Both the position numbers and the translations under genes were made by a program. A model generated the notes under the pieces. It worked only from the letters and a program-made list of their open reading frames with translations, did no database searches and had not been told where the DNA came from. Of a stretch of DNA of 64,000 nt, positions 1-9,696 are shown piece by piece (position 1 is the stretch's first letter; each line of letters starts with the position of its first letter). This stretch comes from a virus: positions 1-64,000 of IMG/VR virus record IMGVR_UViG_3300042309_002320. One strand, given 5' to 3'.

Positions 1-456
1 CCGAATGGAAATAGTATAATTCTAATTCCTCGCAGTGGATCGCACTCAATAGCAATGGCTATGTTACAATCCTTTTATCCAGATATAGAAATAACAGATC
101 CGTATCATCCTGCTTATTTTTATCCAATTAGCCAAGACAATGGTCAAAAATGTGTTATTGTTAGAAATCCAATTGAAAGATTTCGATCTATGGTGTCTCA
201 TAGAAACAGAACAGTTGAAGAACAATTAGAAAATCCAATATATGGTTGTGAATTCTGTCATATTACAAATTATGACAGAGCATTTTTATTTGAAACGCAA
301 TTACAAGATTGCGCAAATTGGCTTGGAATTACAGTGCCATTGCCACATTTGGATGCTAGTGAAAATAAACCCGTTTTAACAACAGAACAAGAAAATAGAG
401 TTCGTGAAATATATGCAACAGATATTGAGTTGTGGGAATCATTGATGAATACATAA
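1..456 (+). CDS. Sulfotransferase-family protein (5' partial)
   Basis: Frame is open from base 1 (PNGNSIILIPRSGSHSIAM...). IPRSGSHS resembles the 5'-PSB motif and VRNPIERFRS the 3'-PB motif of PAPS-dependent sulfotransferases. Confidence 0.7.
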   Translation, partial: PNGNSIILIPRSGSHSIAMAMLQSFYPDIEITDPYHPAYFYPISQDNGQKCVIVRNPIERFRSMVSHRNRTVEEQLENPIYGCEFCHITNYDRAFLFETQLQDCANWLGITVPLPHLDASENKPVLTTEQENRVREIYATDIELWESLMNT

Positions 457-481
457 TTTATGAGTCAAAAATTATTAATAA

Positions 482-510
482 TTGACATGGGAAAATACAA
501 TGATTATGAT
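482..510 (+). promoter_or_regulatory. Sigma70-like promoter candidate
   Basis: TTGACA-N17-TATGAT in the intergenic region upstream of the membrane-protein cluster. Confidence 0.45.
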
Positions 511-594
511 AGAGTATTTTTATGATATAAAGCAAAATATATTCGATCAAGCTTTAAAAACCGTAAAATTTAATAGATAATAATAAAAATCCGT

Positions 595-602
595 ATGGTG
601 TA
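595..602 (+). promoter_or_regulatory. ATGGTGTA motif, putative phage-specific promoter
   Basis: The same 8-mer occurs upstream of gene starts at 3515, 13411 and 16610. Confidence 0.5.
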
Positions 603-634
603 TTATTATATAGTATTTATTTTTGGAGAAAATC

Positions 635-979
635 ATGATCAAGCCCGGATATCGCACAAGTGAGTTCTGGTTTACACTCGTTAGTTTTATTTTTAGTGGA
701 TTATATCTAACTGGTATCATTAATGATCATACTAATAAAGAAGAACTTATTAGTGTTGTTAGTCATGCTGTAGAAAGTTGTATTCTAATTGGTGGTCAAT
801 TTGTAATATTATATAAGTATATTAATAGTAGAAAAAATATTAAAGCTGAAATCAAACCAGAAGTTGTCAATACCCCACCAGTTGTTAATGAGGAGACAAA
901 AGATGATAAACCAAGAAAGTCCAGAAACACCAAAAAGCCAAGAACTAATACTAAACGAAGTAGAAAAACTGATAAGTAG
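635..979 (+). CDS. Holin-like membrane protein
   Basis: ATG 635 with GGAG RBS; KPGYRTSEFW N-terminal motif, two hydrophobic segments and a very basic C-terminal tail. Confidence 0.55.
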   Translation: MIKPGYRTSEFWFTLVSFIFSGLYLTGIINDHTNKEELISVVSHAVESCILIGGQFVILYKYINSRKNIKAEIKPEVVNTPPVVNEETKDDKPRKSRNTKKPRTNTKRSRKTDK

Positions 980-1331
980 AACAAAAGAATCATTTAAGGA
1001 TGTTAAAAGATTCGCAATAGATCAAGCATGGAAAATTTTACAGCTAGCAATAGCTAGCATTATTCAAATTATAGAAATAATAGGAAATGATTTAAGTAGT
1101 CCAGATAAAAAAGCTCTTGCTATGAGCATGATTAGTAAATTCTACGATAGCTTATTTTTAGCAGTTGACATTCCTGTTGTACCTCACATAATAGAAGGGT
1201 ACATTCATTCTTATGTTAAAAGTTTTCTTATGATTTTGGTCAGTTCAACAATTGATAGTATGGTTAAAATCTTTAGAGAAGCGGGCGTTTTTAAACCAAA
1301 GTTAACAGTTCAAAACAATTATTTAGTCTGA
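903..1331 (+). CDS. Hypothetical helical, possibly membrane-associated protein
   Basis: ATG 903 preceded by AGGAG; overlaps the basic tail of the upstream gene. Confidence 0.6.
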   Translation: MINQESPETPKSQELILNEVEKLISRTKESFKDVKRFAIDQAWKILQLAIASIIQIIEIIGNDLSSPDKKALAMSMISKFYDSLFLAVDIPVVPHIIEGYIHSYVKSFLMILVSSTIDSMVKIFREAGVFKPKLTVQNNYLV

Positions 1332-1344
1332 AAGGACGAATCTT

Positions 1345-1701
1345 ATGAATTATGCCGAAAGTTTTCAAGAATTTAGTAGTCGATTATCAACAACGGATTT
1401 AATGGTTTACGGCGGAGCCGCTTTAGTATTATTTGTATTGTTCAAGGATAAATTAACTCCATTAAAAGATCTAATAATTAATACTTACAATAGTGTTATG
1501 AATAAGGTAAAAAACGACACTGTAACATCTACACCTGTAACTACAGTTAAAACTAATGATAATGATTTTCTCAAACTAATTAGTAGTTGGAAAAATACTA
1601 GAGATTTAGCAGAAAAAATGGGATGTCCAAAAGCTGTTGAAGTTTTAGATGGCGCATTCCCATATCTCAGTCCTAATGTTTGTCATCAGGAGAACAAATG
1701 A
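1345..1701 (+). CDS. Hypothetical membrane protein (single TM)
   Basis: AAGGA RBS; hydrophobic LMVYGGAALVLFVLF segment. Confidence 0.65.
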   Translation: MNYAESFQEFSSRLSTTDLMVYGGAALVLFVLFKDKLTPLKDLIINTYNSVMNKVKNDTVTSTPVTTVKTNDNDFLKLISSWKNTRDLAEKMGCPKAVEVLDGAFPYLSPNVCHQENK

Positions 1702-2201
1702 ATACTAAAAATACCACTAATATAATAGTTCTAGTTATTGGAGGACTATTACTAGCGTATGGATTACTTGGACCAGTTATTAAAAATAATCTATCCACCA
1801 ACCCAGTAAATAATGTTCCATCAGTATTAGCTCCGTTGGATCCATCATTAAAAGATAATTGTGAAAAAGTAACTGAAATTCTAAAATCCGGAAGTTCTGA
1901 TCGATCAGTAGATGGCGTTAAATTAAGTAGTTTATTCTCTGACTTGGCAAGACTAATAGAATTAGATGGTGAAAATGAAGTAATTAAAAATACTGATGAA
2001 ATTAGAGAAGCTAATAAAATAGCTGGAGCTTTTTATAATTTGGATCTTAAAGGTAAATATCCTGATCTAACACAGGCAGCTACTTATGTTGTTGTACAGC
2101 ATATCGGAGACGATAATGTAGCCCTAGATCCTGAACTTAGGAAAAAAGCCGTAGAAGCTTTTAATGGTTTAGCATGGGCTTTTTATGAGGGTAGTAAATA
2201 A
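1698..2201 (+). CDS. N-terminally anchored helical protein
   Basis: ATG 1698 after AGGAG; TM segment IIVLVIGGLLLAYGLLG then a soluble helical domain. Confidence 0.65.
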   Translation: MNTKNTTNIIVLVIGGLLLAYGLLGPVIKNNLSTNPVNNVPSVLAPLDPSLKDNCEKVTEILKSGSSDRSVDGVKLSSLFSDLARLIELDGENEVIKNTDEIREANKIAGAFYNLDLKGKYPDLTQAATYVVVQHIGDDNVALDPELRKKAVEAFNGLAWAFYEGSK

Positions 2202-3130
2202 TGGCAAGACTATCTCCTGAACAATTACTAAAACTATACAAAGATGGATTTCAGGGATGTCTTTGGGAAGGTCATATATTCGAAAATCTTTTAGAAAATT
2301 CTAAGTATGGTTATTTTGGAGACGGAGCCAAAAAAATTGTTGGAACTGGTAAAGGTAAACTATCTACTCCATACAAAAGTGTTTTGAAGTTTGATAAGAA
2401 TCCTTATAATGAGCGCCAGGTTACAGGGGACTGTGTAAGCCACTCTACTAGAAATGCTGTAGACGTATCTCGTGCTGTAGAAATAGATATAGATAAACAT
2501 AAAGAAAGTTGGATAGCAAGAGGCGCAACAGAAGCAATATACGGAGCAAGAGGTCATGGTGGACAAGGAATGAGTTGTTCTAGAGCAGCACAATTTGTCA
2601 GCCAATATGGTGGTGTCTTAGTTAGAAAAAACTATCCCGGAGTTGTGGACCTTACCAAATATCAAGGCATGTTGGGTGCCGGATGGGGTGGTCGTAGTTT
2701 GCCAGACAAAGTTATAGACCTTGCAAATGATCATCAAGTTAAAACTGTTAGCTTAGTAAGAACGATAGAAGAAGCCAGAGACGCTCTGGCTAACGGTTAT
2801 GGAATTAGTGTTTGTAGTAGTTATGGTTTTAGTAGTCGAAGAGATAGTAAGGGTTTTGCTAAACCGCAAGGCTCTTGGGCTCATGCTATGGCATGGATTG
2901 CTTGTGATGATACTGGTAGTGAACCAGCTTTTTTGGTTCAGAATAGTTGGGGAAAATGGAATGATGGCGGTCATCCATCATGGGGTCCGATTCCTGATGG
3001 ATCATTTTTAATAAAAGCAGATGTTGCTGCTGGTATGTTAAAAGGCAACGCAGCATACGCTTTTAGCGACTTTGATGGATTTCCATTACAAAAATTACCA
3101 GACTATGGTTTTGATTATTTAAAATCTTAG
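2201..3130 (+). CDS. Papain-like (C1 family) cysteine peptidase
   Basis: Oxyanion Gln and catalytic Cys in QVTGDCVSH, His in WAHAM, Asn in VQNSWG. Confidence 0.85.
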   Translation: MARLSPEQLLKLYKDGFQGCLWEGHIFENLLENSKYGYFGDGAKKIVGTGKGKLSTPYKSVLKFDKNPYNERQVTGDCVSHSTRNAVDVSRAVEIDIDKHKESWIARGATEAIYGARGHGGQGMSCSRAAQFVSQYGGVLVRKNYPGVVDLTKYQGMLGAGWGGRSLPDKVIDLANDHQVKTVSLVRTIEEARDALANGYGISVCSSYGFSSRRDSKGFAKPQGSWAHAMAWIACDDTGSEPAFLVQNSWGKWNDGGHPSWGPIPDGSFLIKADVAAGMLKGNAAYAFSDFDGFPLQKLPDYGFDYLKS

Positions 3131-3139
3131 GAATACACA

Positions 3140-3466
3140 ATGAGTTTACCTAATTTAACTAAAGTTCCATCATTAGGGCTGAATCTACCGCCTCTTCCGC
3201 CTTATCAAAAATGGGCATATAATAGAGATACAAATAGTTTAGTTCTTATAGAATTTGTATACGAAAAGATTAATCAGGAATTGCAAACACAAAATATATT
3301 ATCCAAAGAATCAGAAGACTCTATAAGCTTATTAACAACTACTTTACAACAATCTTCTTTATTAATAAATAGTCAATTACAAATTTTAGAAAACAGAATG
3401 AATGTTTTGGAAACGTTAGTAAATTCTATAGTTCCGCCAACAGTAACAACAACAGGCACTATCTAA
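3140..3466 (+). CDS. Hypothetical coiled-coil protein
   Basis: AGGA RBS; heptad-like C-terminal half. Confidence 0.6.
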   Translation: MSLPNLTKVPSLGLNLPPLPPYQKWAYNRDTNSLVLIEFVYEKINQELQTQNILSKESEDSISLLTTTLQQSSLLINSQLQILENRMNVLETLVNSIVPPTVTTTGTI

Positions 3467-3514
3467 TATTTGATATTTAAGTTAGCAAATCTGTTTTGAA
3501 TATCAACAAGATAT

Positions 3515-3522
3515 ATGGTGTA
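3515..3522 (+). promoter_or_regulatory. ATGGTGTA motif, putative phage-specific promoter
   Basis: Intergenic, about 30 nt upstream of ATG 3552. Confidence 0.5.
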
Positions 3523-3551
3523 TAACCATTATATCGTACTGGAGTTTATAT

Positions 3552-3719
3552 ATGAAATTTCTTGATAAATTAGCCTTAAATAGATTAATATCAATAATAT
3601 TAAACTTTATTTTATCTATCATTAAGATAATTGCACCAAAAGATAATAATCCAGCACCTCCAGTGCCCAAACCTCCTTTAAAAAGACGACCATGGTTTCC
3701 TAGAGGTAAAAATGAATAA
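3552..3719 (+). CDS. Small membrane protein (55 aa, not in the ORF track)
   Basis: GGAG RBS; MKFLDKLALNRLISIILNFILSIIKIIAPKDNNPAPPVPKPPLKRRPWFPRGKNE; overlaps the next start. Confidence 0.65.
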   Translation: MKFLDKLALNRLISIILNFILSIIKIIAPKDNNPAPPVPKPPLKRRPWFPRGKNE

Positions 3720-3951
3720 ATTAATTTTGCCACTTTTATTTATCTCTTTATTTTTTACTTCTCATAGATATGACGGATCGTCCCGTGCTCCTGTTATAAT
3801 ATCCGGAGCTATTGTTAAAAATATGGGAAATGAACCAATTAAAAAATATAAAAGAAAAGAATGTCCTGTTTGCAAAGGAAGTGGACAATATTTAAGTGGA
3901 GATGGTATAAAAATGGTCGATTGCGGATACTGCATTCCTGATAAAAAATAA
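3712..3951 (+). CDS. Signal-peptide protein with DnaJ-type Cys motif
   Basis: Hydrophobic N-terminus; CPVCKGSG...CGYC. Confidence 0.65.
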   Translation: MNKLILPLLFISLFFTSHRYDGSSRAPVIISGAIVKNMGNEPIKKYKRKECPVCKGSGQYLSGDGIKMVDCGYCIPDKK

Positions 3952-3972
3952 AGAATCTGAGGAGATAAGATA

Positions 3973-4362
3973 ATGACTATTGATCCTAAGTTAGAAAATT
4001 TAGCACAAAAAATTCTTACTAAAGCAAATATAAAAAATGAAAACTATGGATTTGATCCTATTACTATTATTATAGTTATAGGAGTTATACTGAGTCTAAT
4101 TCGCGTTATTCAGGAATGTCGTAGTAAACGTAGAAAAAATGATAAAATGAGTGAAGCTTTGGACTTAAGACATACTATAGTTAATTTAACTATTAAAGAT
4201 AGTTGGTTAAATAATTATAGATTAAATAAAATATTAAAACAACATTTGAGTAAAAAACAATATCAGCAATACGGAGTTAGTTTAAGAAATGCCATCATGG
4301 AAGTTGGTAAGAATCTTGATGATACAGAATCTTTAACACTTCTGGAGGCAACCAATGTTTAG
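3973..4362 (+). CDS. Hypothetical membrane protein
   Basis: GAGGAG RBS; GFDPITIIIVIGVILSLI TM segment followed by a basic stretch. Confidence 0.7.
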   Translation: MTIDPKLENLAQKILTKANIKNENYGFDPITIIIVIGVILSLIRVIQECRSKRRKNDKMSEALDLRHTIVNLTIKDSWLNNYRLNKILKQHLSKKQYQQYGVSLRNAIMEVGKNLDDTESLTLLEATNV

Positions 4363-4603
4363 TCTTTTAGTATGGGTGATTTATGGTTTGTTTGTTGGCT
4401 CATTAGCCAAAGCTATTGTTCCGCTTAACCTACGTCTTGGATTTTTTCAAACAGTAGCATTAGGAGTAGCTGGGTCTTATATGGGCGGAGCTATTCTATA
4501 TCTTCTTGGTACATATGATAGTCTCAGCCCATCCGGTATTTTTATGGGTGTTACCGGAGGCATACTTAGCCTAATGTTATATAATAAACTTATTAACAAA
4601 TAA
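4355..4603 (+). CDS. GlsB/YeaQ/YmgE (transglycosylase-associated) family membrane protein
   Basis: 82 aa, three Gly-rich TM segments with the pattern W..YGL.VG.LAK..VP...G...T..LGVAGS..GG. Confidence 0.8.
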   Translation: MFSLLVWVIYGLFVGSLAKAIVPLNLRLGFFQTVALGVAGSYMGGAILYLLGTYDSLSPSGIFMGVTGGILSLMLYNKLINK

Positions 4604-4617
4604 TAAATGGAAAATGA

Positions 4618-7600
4618 ATGTCAACTCCTCCAATTTATTCTATCTTAGGAAACTGTAATAGCGCTAATTATAGTAAGAACGGAAATGCTTCCTCGGATTG
4701 GAATAATGAAAATGGTAATGTTACCAGCGTTGGCAGCAATGGTAATGATAGTTTTTTTGGCACTTATGATCAAAACGGTAATGTTTATGAAATTATAGAC
4801 TATCAACCATCGTCATTTTTTATTCAGTTATATGGAGGTAGTTATTCTTCTTTAACAGCAAATGATTCTATTGATAGTTCTTTAAGTTTAAGAAGAGACG
4901 ATGTTGGATTTAGAGTATGCGCTAATAGTGGAACAACAACAGCGTTTGATTCTATTACAGTTTCTGGTACAGGCAATAATAACGATACTAATGGAATTGG
5001 TCAAGTAAATTACAATTATAAAATTGGTAAATTTACTATTACAAATACTCAATATGTAGAATTTTTAAACGCTGTTGCTAATAGTGGATCGCCCGCATTA
5101 ATACAAACTAGTGTTTGGCCTTTTCAACGACTAATGCAGGATTCTAATCGTGGAGGAATAATAGTAAACGGCTTTAGCCCAAATATGTCTTATTCTGTAA
5201 AAACGAATTTTGCAGATAAACCAGTTAATTACGTTACTTGGTATAATGCGGCTAGATATATTAATTGGTTACATAACGGAAAACCAAATTCGTCTACTTT
5301 ATCATTAAATTCTACAGAAAATGGTGTTTATTATCTTAATTTTGAAAATAATGTTACAACTATACCAACCATAATAAATAATAAAAATACATATTGGCTA
5401 CCAGATAGAAATGAATGGTATAAAGCGGCCTACTATACATTAGATAAAAATGGCTCAGGTTCCGGATATTGGTTATATGCTACGCAATATGATACTGCTC
5501 CAGATTCAATTGTTTCTAATAGTAGTGGCGTTGCCAACAATACAGTAACAACACCGGACATTTGTATTAGCCCAACACCTACCCCCAGCGTTACTCCTAC
5601 TTATTCTCCTACTCCTTCTTTAACGGCTAGTCCTACTCTTACTCCAACTAAAACAGCAACAAGCACCCCAACAGTCACATCTTCTGTAACAACCACTCCA
5701 ACACTAACACCAACCAAAACGCCAACAGCCACCATAACTCAAACAAGAACACCTAATTTAACTGTTAGTCCAACAAAAACACCTACACGTACTCCAACAA
5801 GGACACCAAGTTTAACACCATCAACAACAGAAACACGTACTCCAACACCTACAGTTACCAGTTCTTCGACGGTAACCCCTACTCCGAGTAAGAGTCTTTG
5901 CTCTTCTATAACAGTTGGAGAACTAATTTATAATCCTATTTATACTAATGAAAATATTAGAATAATTTATAAAGGTTTTACATTTGAATCCTTTATTAAC
6001 AATAGACAATTACTAGTCAATGGCGGTCAATTAGGAAATGCCGATATAAATATTGGACTACAAGAAATTCCTAATGCTAGTCAAACCCCAACTCCTACAT
6101 TAACGCCAACCAATACTAGTACTCCAACCATCACACCAACAAATACTTCCACAACTACTAGTACTCCAACTGTTAGCCCAACACAAACAAACACAGCTTC
6201 TGTAACACCAACTAATTCTATTACTCCAACAGTTACAATTACTTCAACAGCGACACCGACACCTAGTATAACCGCAAGTCAAACTCCAACACCGTCTATA
6301 ACGCCAACACTTACACCAACAACAACAGTTACAAATACAGTAACATCAACAGCAACTCCCACTGTAACTAGCTCAAACACAACAACTCCAACTAATACTC
6401 CAACTAACACAGCAACTCCTACAAACACACCAACATTTACTCCATCTTCAACAACAACTCCTACTGTTACTCCAACAGTGACAGTAACCCCAACACCACT
6501 AGCATTTGCTCCATTATCAAATAGTATAAATTATGCTAATTCCGGTAATTGGAATGGATCTGTTTCTGGTAATCTAACAACGGTAGGAACAAATGGAGGT
6601 CCAAGTTTTTATGGAACATATGATCAAAATGGAAATATTTCTGAAATAGCTTTAAGTGTTGTTAATAATACTGATTTAATTTTCAGTATCGGTGGTAATT
6701 TTGAAACTGCAACAGGAGATCTAAGATTATTAGAAAATATAAATGAAAATACTTTGGATAAAAATATAGGTTTTAGAATTGTTACCACAGGCAATCCTCT
6801 TAACTTGCCTTATTTCATAGATATTGTTGATAGTGGAAATAGTGCAGATACTAATGGGGTTGGATCTGTTAATTATAATTATAAGATAAGTCAATATACA
6901 ATAACTAACTGTGATTATATACAATTCTTAAATGCTGTTTCTACACAGAGCGATACTAATGATACTTATAATGTTCAAATGTCTGGCGATCCATATGGTG
7001 GTATTATAAGAAGCACAGGATCAGCACCATATACTTATACTTTAAAAACTAATTTTGATAATAAACCAATTAATTTTCTTAATATAAAAAGCATGATGAG
7101 ATATTGTAATTGGTTACATAATGGTAAACCAATAGGAATACAAGATTTCAGTACAACAGAAGAAGGTGCATATATATTAGATCCGATTGGTATAACTCCA
7201 CAAGTAAGTTTAATTGCAAGCAATGGTGCAAAATATACACTACCAACATTAAACGAATGGTATAAAGCTGCTTATTATAATCCAAGAAAAAATGGATGGG
7301 GTAATGGCGGATATTGGACCTATGCTACACAAAGTGATAGTTTACCAGATAGAATTTGCTCTAGCGCTAGTGGAGATGGTAGATTAATTATCAGTAATGT
7401 TTGTTCAAACACAGAAGGTAATTCTTCTACTATCCTTTGTACGTTTACCCCTACTCCAAGCGTAACTCCTACCAATACCCCAACAACAACAATTACTAGA
7501 ACCCCTACTAATACTCCTACTAATACTCCTAGTCTAACTCGAACAATAACTCCGACAACAACCCTATCTCTAACACCAACATCTACTTTAACTCCAACAC

Positions 7601-9684
7601 AAACTATAACAAATACACCAACATCAACTATTGGCGGTACTCCAACAGTAACTCCTACATTAACATCAACTCCTACGAATACTCCTTCTGTAACTGTTAG
7701 TCCGACATCAAGTGCTACGCCAACAATCACACCAACTACTACTACAACTCCAACAACAACAATTATTGTAACTCCAACAACAACCCCAACGGTTACTCCT
7801 ACAGAAACTCCAACCGTTACTCCAACAACAACCCCAACAGTTACTCCCACAACAACGATTACTCCAACTGTTACTATAACACAAACACCAACAACAACTC
7901 CAACCGTTACTCCAACAGAAACTCCAACCCTTACTCCTACAGAAACGCCAACTGTTACACCGACGCTCACCTCTACACCAACAGAAACACCAACACCAAC
8001 AGTAACACCGACACCAACAGCTACAGAGGGTTTAACACCAACTCCTACCCCATCTGTAACAGAAACCCCAACAGTTACTCCAACAGAAACACCAACAACA
8101 ACCCCAACAGTTACTCCAACAGAAACACCAACAACAACCCCAACAGTTACTCCAACAGAAACACCAACAACAACCCCAACAGTTACTCCAACAGAAACAC
8201 CAACAACAACCCCAACAGTTACTCCCACAGAAACCCCAACCGTTACTCCGACAACAACCCCAACTGTTACTCCCACAACAACGATTACTCCAACTGTTAC
8301 TATAACACAAACATCAACAACAACACCAACAACCACGCCAACAATTACACAAACCATTACTCCTTCTTCGACACCAATAGCCGGATGGATTCAAAGAGGT
8401 GTAGATATTGATGGCGAGGCAGCTAATGATTACAGTGGAAGTAGTGTTGCTATGAATAATGATGGTACCGTAGTAGCAATAGGAGCATATAGCAACGATG
8501 GAAATGGAACAGACAGTGGACATACTAGAATATATGCTTGGAACGGAACCTCTTGGATTCAAAGAGGAAATGATATTGATGGTGAAGCAGCTTTTGATAC
8601 AAGTGGATACAGTGTTAGTCTCAATAATGATGGAGATATAGTAGCAATCGGAGCAAATGGAAATAATGGTAACGGGACCGATAGCGGAAGCGTAAGAGTA
8701 TATGTTTGGAATGGTTCAGTATGGACTCAACGAGGAAGTGATATTGATGGAGAAGCAACCAATGATGCTAGTGGTATTAGCGTTTCTTTAAATAGCGACG
8801 GCACCGTACTAGCAATAGGAGCGTCTTTAAATGATGGTAATGGAACCGATAGCGGTCATGTACGAGTATATAATTGGAATGGTTCAGCATGGACACAACG
8901 AGGAAGCGATATTGATGGAGAAGCGGCAAGTGATTATAGTGGACAAAGCGTTAGCTTAAATGATAATGGAGATATATTAGCTATTGGAGCATATGGTAAT
9001 GATAGTAATGGAAATAATAGCGGTCATGTACGAGTATATTCTTGGAATGGCTCAGTATGGACTCAAAGAGGAAACGATATTGATGGTGAATCAGCTAACG
9101 ATGCTAGTGGTTTTAATATTAGTATTAATAGTGATGGTACTATACTAGCGATAGGAGCAGGTGGAAATAGCGATAATGGAACAGCTAGCGGCCATACCAG
9201 AGTGTATGTTTGGAATGGTACTTCTTGGGTTCAAAGAGGAAGCGATATTGATGGAGTAGCAGCAAATGATAATAGTGGTCTTAGTGTATCATTAAATAAT
9301 GATGGTAGCATATTAGCTATTGGATCGCCATATAATGACACAAACGGTACCAATAGTGGACATGTACGAGTATATTCTTGGAATGGTAGTTCTTGGACGC
9401 AAGTTGGCGATAATATTAATGGAGAAACATCTTTAAATTATAGTGGAATTAGTGTTCATCTTAATGGAGATGGTACAATATTAACTATCGGAGCCTCTGG
9501 TAATAGTGATAATGGAGCTAGTAGTGGTAGTGTACGAGTATATAGATTAATTGGTATCTCTTTTACGCCCACGCCAACAAAAACCTTAACACCCACACCA
9601 ACTAAAACACCAACAACAACACCAACAGTAACTCCTTCAAAAACAGCATATTATTCAGGCCAACAATATAATTTTATTCCATAA
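4618..9684 (+). CDS. Large modular adhesin/fibre protein: two permuted FGE-sulfatase (CLec-fold) domains, Thr/Pro linkers, 7-bladed FG-GAP-like propeller
   Basis: [11 protein letters not shown], TNxxYxxFLN and NEWYKAAYY motifs each occur twice; long TP-rich tracts; seven W.Q.G..I.G repeats. Confidence 0.85.
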   Translation: MSTPPIYSILGNCNSANYSKNGNASSDWNNENGNVTSVGSNGNDSFFGTYDQNGNVYEIIDYQPSSFFIQLYGGSYSSLTANDSIDSSLSLRRDDVGFRVCANSGTTTAFDSITVSGTGNNNDTNGIGQVNYNYKIGKFTITNTQYVEFLNAVANSGSPALIQTSVWPFQRLMQDSNRGGIIVNGFSPNMSYSVKTNFADKPVNYVTWYNAARYINWLHNGKPNSSTLSLNSTENGVYYLNFENNVTTIPTIINNKNTYWLPDRNEWYKAAYYTLDKNGSGSGYWLYATQYDTAPDSIVSNSSGVANNTVTTPDICISPTPTPSVTPTYSPTPSLTASPTLTPTKTATSTPTVTSSVTTTPTLTPTKTPTATITQTRTPNLTVSPTKTPTRTPTRTPSLTPSTTETRTPTPTVTSSSTVTPTPSKSLCSSITVGELIYNPIYTNENIRIIYKGFTFESFINNRQLLVNGGQLGNADINIGLQEIPNASQTPTPTLTPTNTSTPTITPTNTSTTTSTPTVSPTQTNTASVTPTNSITPTVTITSTATPTPSITASQTPTPSITPTLTPTTTVTNTVTSTATPTVTSSNTTTPTNTPTNTATPTNTPTFTPSSTTTPTVTPTVTVTPTPLAFAPLSNSINYANSGNWNGSVSGNLTTVGTNGGPSFYGTYDQNGNISEIALSVVNNTDLIFSIGGNFETATGDLRLLENINENTLDKNIGFRIVTTGNPLNLPYFIDIVDSGNSADTNGVGSVNYNYKISQYTITNCDYIQFLNAVSTQSDTNDTYNVQMSGDPYGGIIRSTGSAPYTYTLKTNFDNKPINFLNIKSMMRYCNWLHNGKPIGIQDFSTTEEGAYILDPIGITPQVSLIASNGAKYTLPTLNEWYKAAYYNPRKNGWGNGGYWTYATQSDSLPDRICSSASGDGRLIISNVCSNTEGNSSTILCTFTPTPSVTPTNTPTTTITRTPTNTPTNTPSLTRTITPTTTLSLTPTSTLTPTQTITNTPTSTIGGTPTVTPTLTSTPTNTPSVTVSPTSSATPTITPTTTTTPTTTIIVTPTTTPTVTPTETPTVTPTTTPTVTPTTTITPTVTITQTPTTTPTVTPTETPTLTPTETPTVTPTLTSTPTETPTPTVTPTPTATEGLTPTPTPSVTETPTVTPTETPTTTPTVTPTETPTTTPTVTPTETPTTTPTVTPTETPTTTPTVTPTETPTVTPTTTPTVTPTTTITPTVTITQTSTTTPTTTPTITQTITPSSTPIAGWIQRGVDIDGEAANDYSGSSVAMNNDGTVVAIGAYSNDGNGTDSGHTRIYAWNGTSWIQRGNDIDGEAAFDTSGYSVSLNNDGDIVAIGANGNNGNGTDSGSVRVYVWNGSVWTQRGSDIDGEATNDASGISVSLNSDGTVLAIGASLNDGNGTDSGHVRVYNWNGSAWTQRGSDIDGEAASDYSGQSVSLNDNGDILAIGAYGNDSNGNNSGHVRVYSWNGSVWTQRGNDIDGESANDASGFNISINSDGTILAIGAGGNSDNGTASGHTRVYVWNGTSWVQRGSDIDGVAANDNSGLSVSLNNDGSILAIGSPYNDTNGTNSGHVRVYSWNGSSWTQVGDNINGETSLNYSGISVHLNGDGTILTIGASGNSDNGASSGSVRVYRLIGISFTPTPTKTLTPTPTKTPTTTPTVTPSKTAYYSGQQYNFIP
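8083..8226 (+). repeat. 36-nt tandem repeat x4 encoding [12 protein letters not shown]
   Basis: ACAGAAACACCAACAACAACCCCAACAGTTACTCCA repeated almost perfectly within the larger TP tract at about 7440-8380. Confidence 0.9.
8386..9546 (+). repeat. Seven ~56-aa beta-propeller repeats
   Basis: Consensus W.QRG.DIDGE...D.SG.SVSLN.DG..LAIGA..N..NG..SGHVRVY.WNG occurs seven times. Confidence 0.9.
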
Positions 9685-9696
9685 AGATAACATAAT

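Noticed and set aside
460-580. Possible frameshifted mini-gene (MSQKLLIIDMGKYNDYDRVF...) at a T5 run
   Set aside because: Too short, no recognisable homology, and it overlaps a promoter-like sequence.
4618-7400. Diversity-generating retroelement targeting the CLec-fold domains
   Set aside because: No reverse transcriptase and no adenine-specific TR/VR repeat pair were seen in this window; one elsewhere in the genome cannot be excluded.
7320-8357. 345-aa Val/Gly-rich - strand ORF, plus similar ORFs at 8032-8310, 9651-9935 and 63678-63929
   Set aside because: These are antisense shadows of ACN/CCN codon repeats in the TP linkers, which lack stops on the opposite strand.
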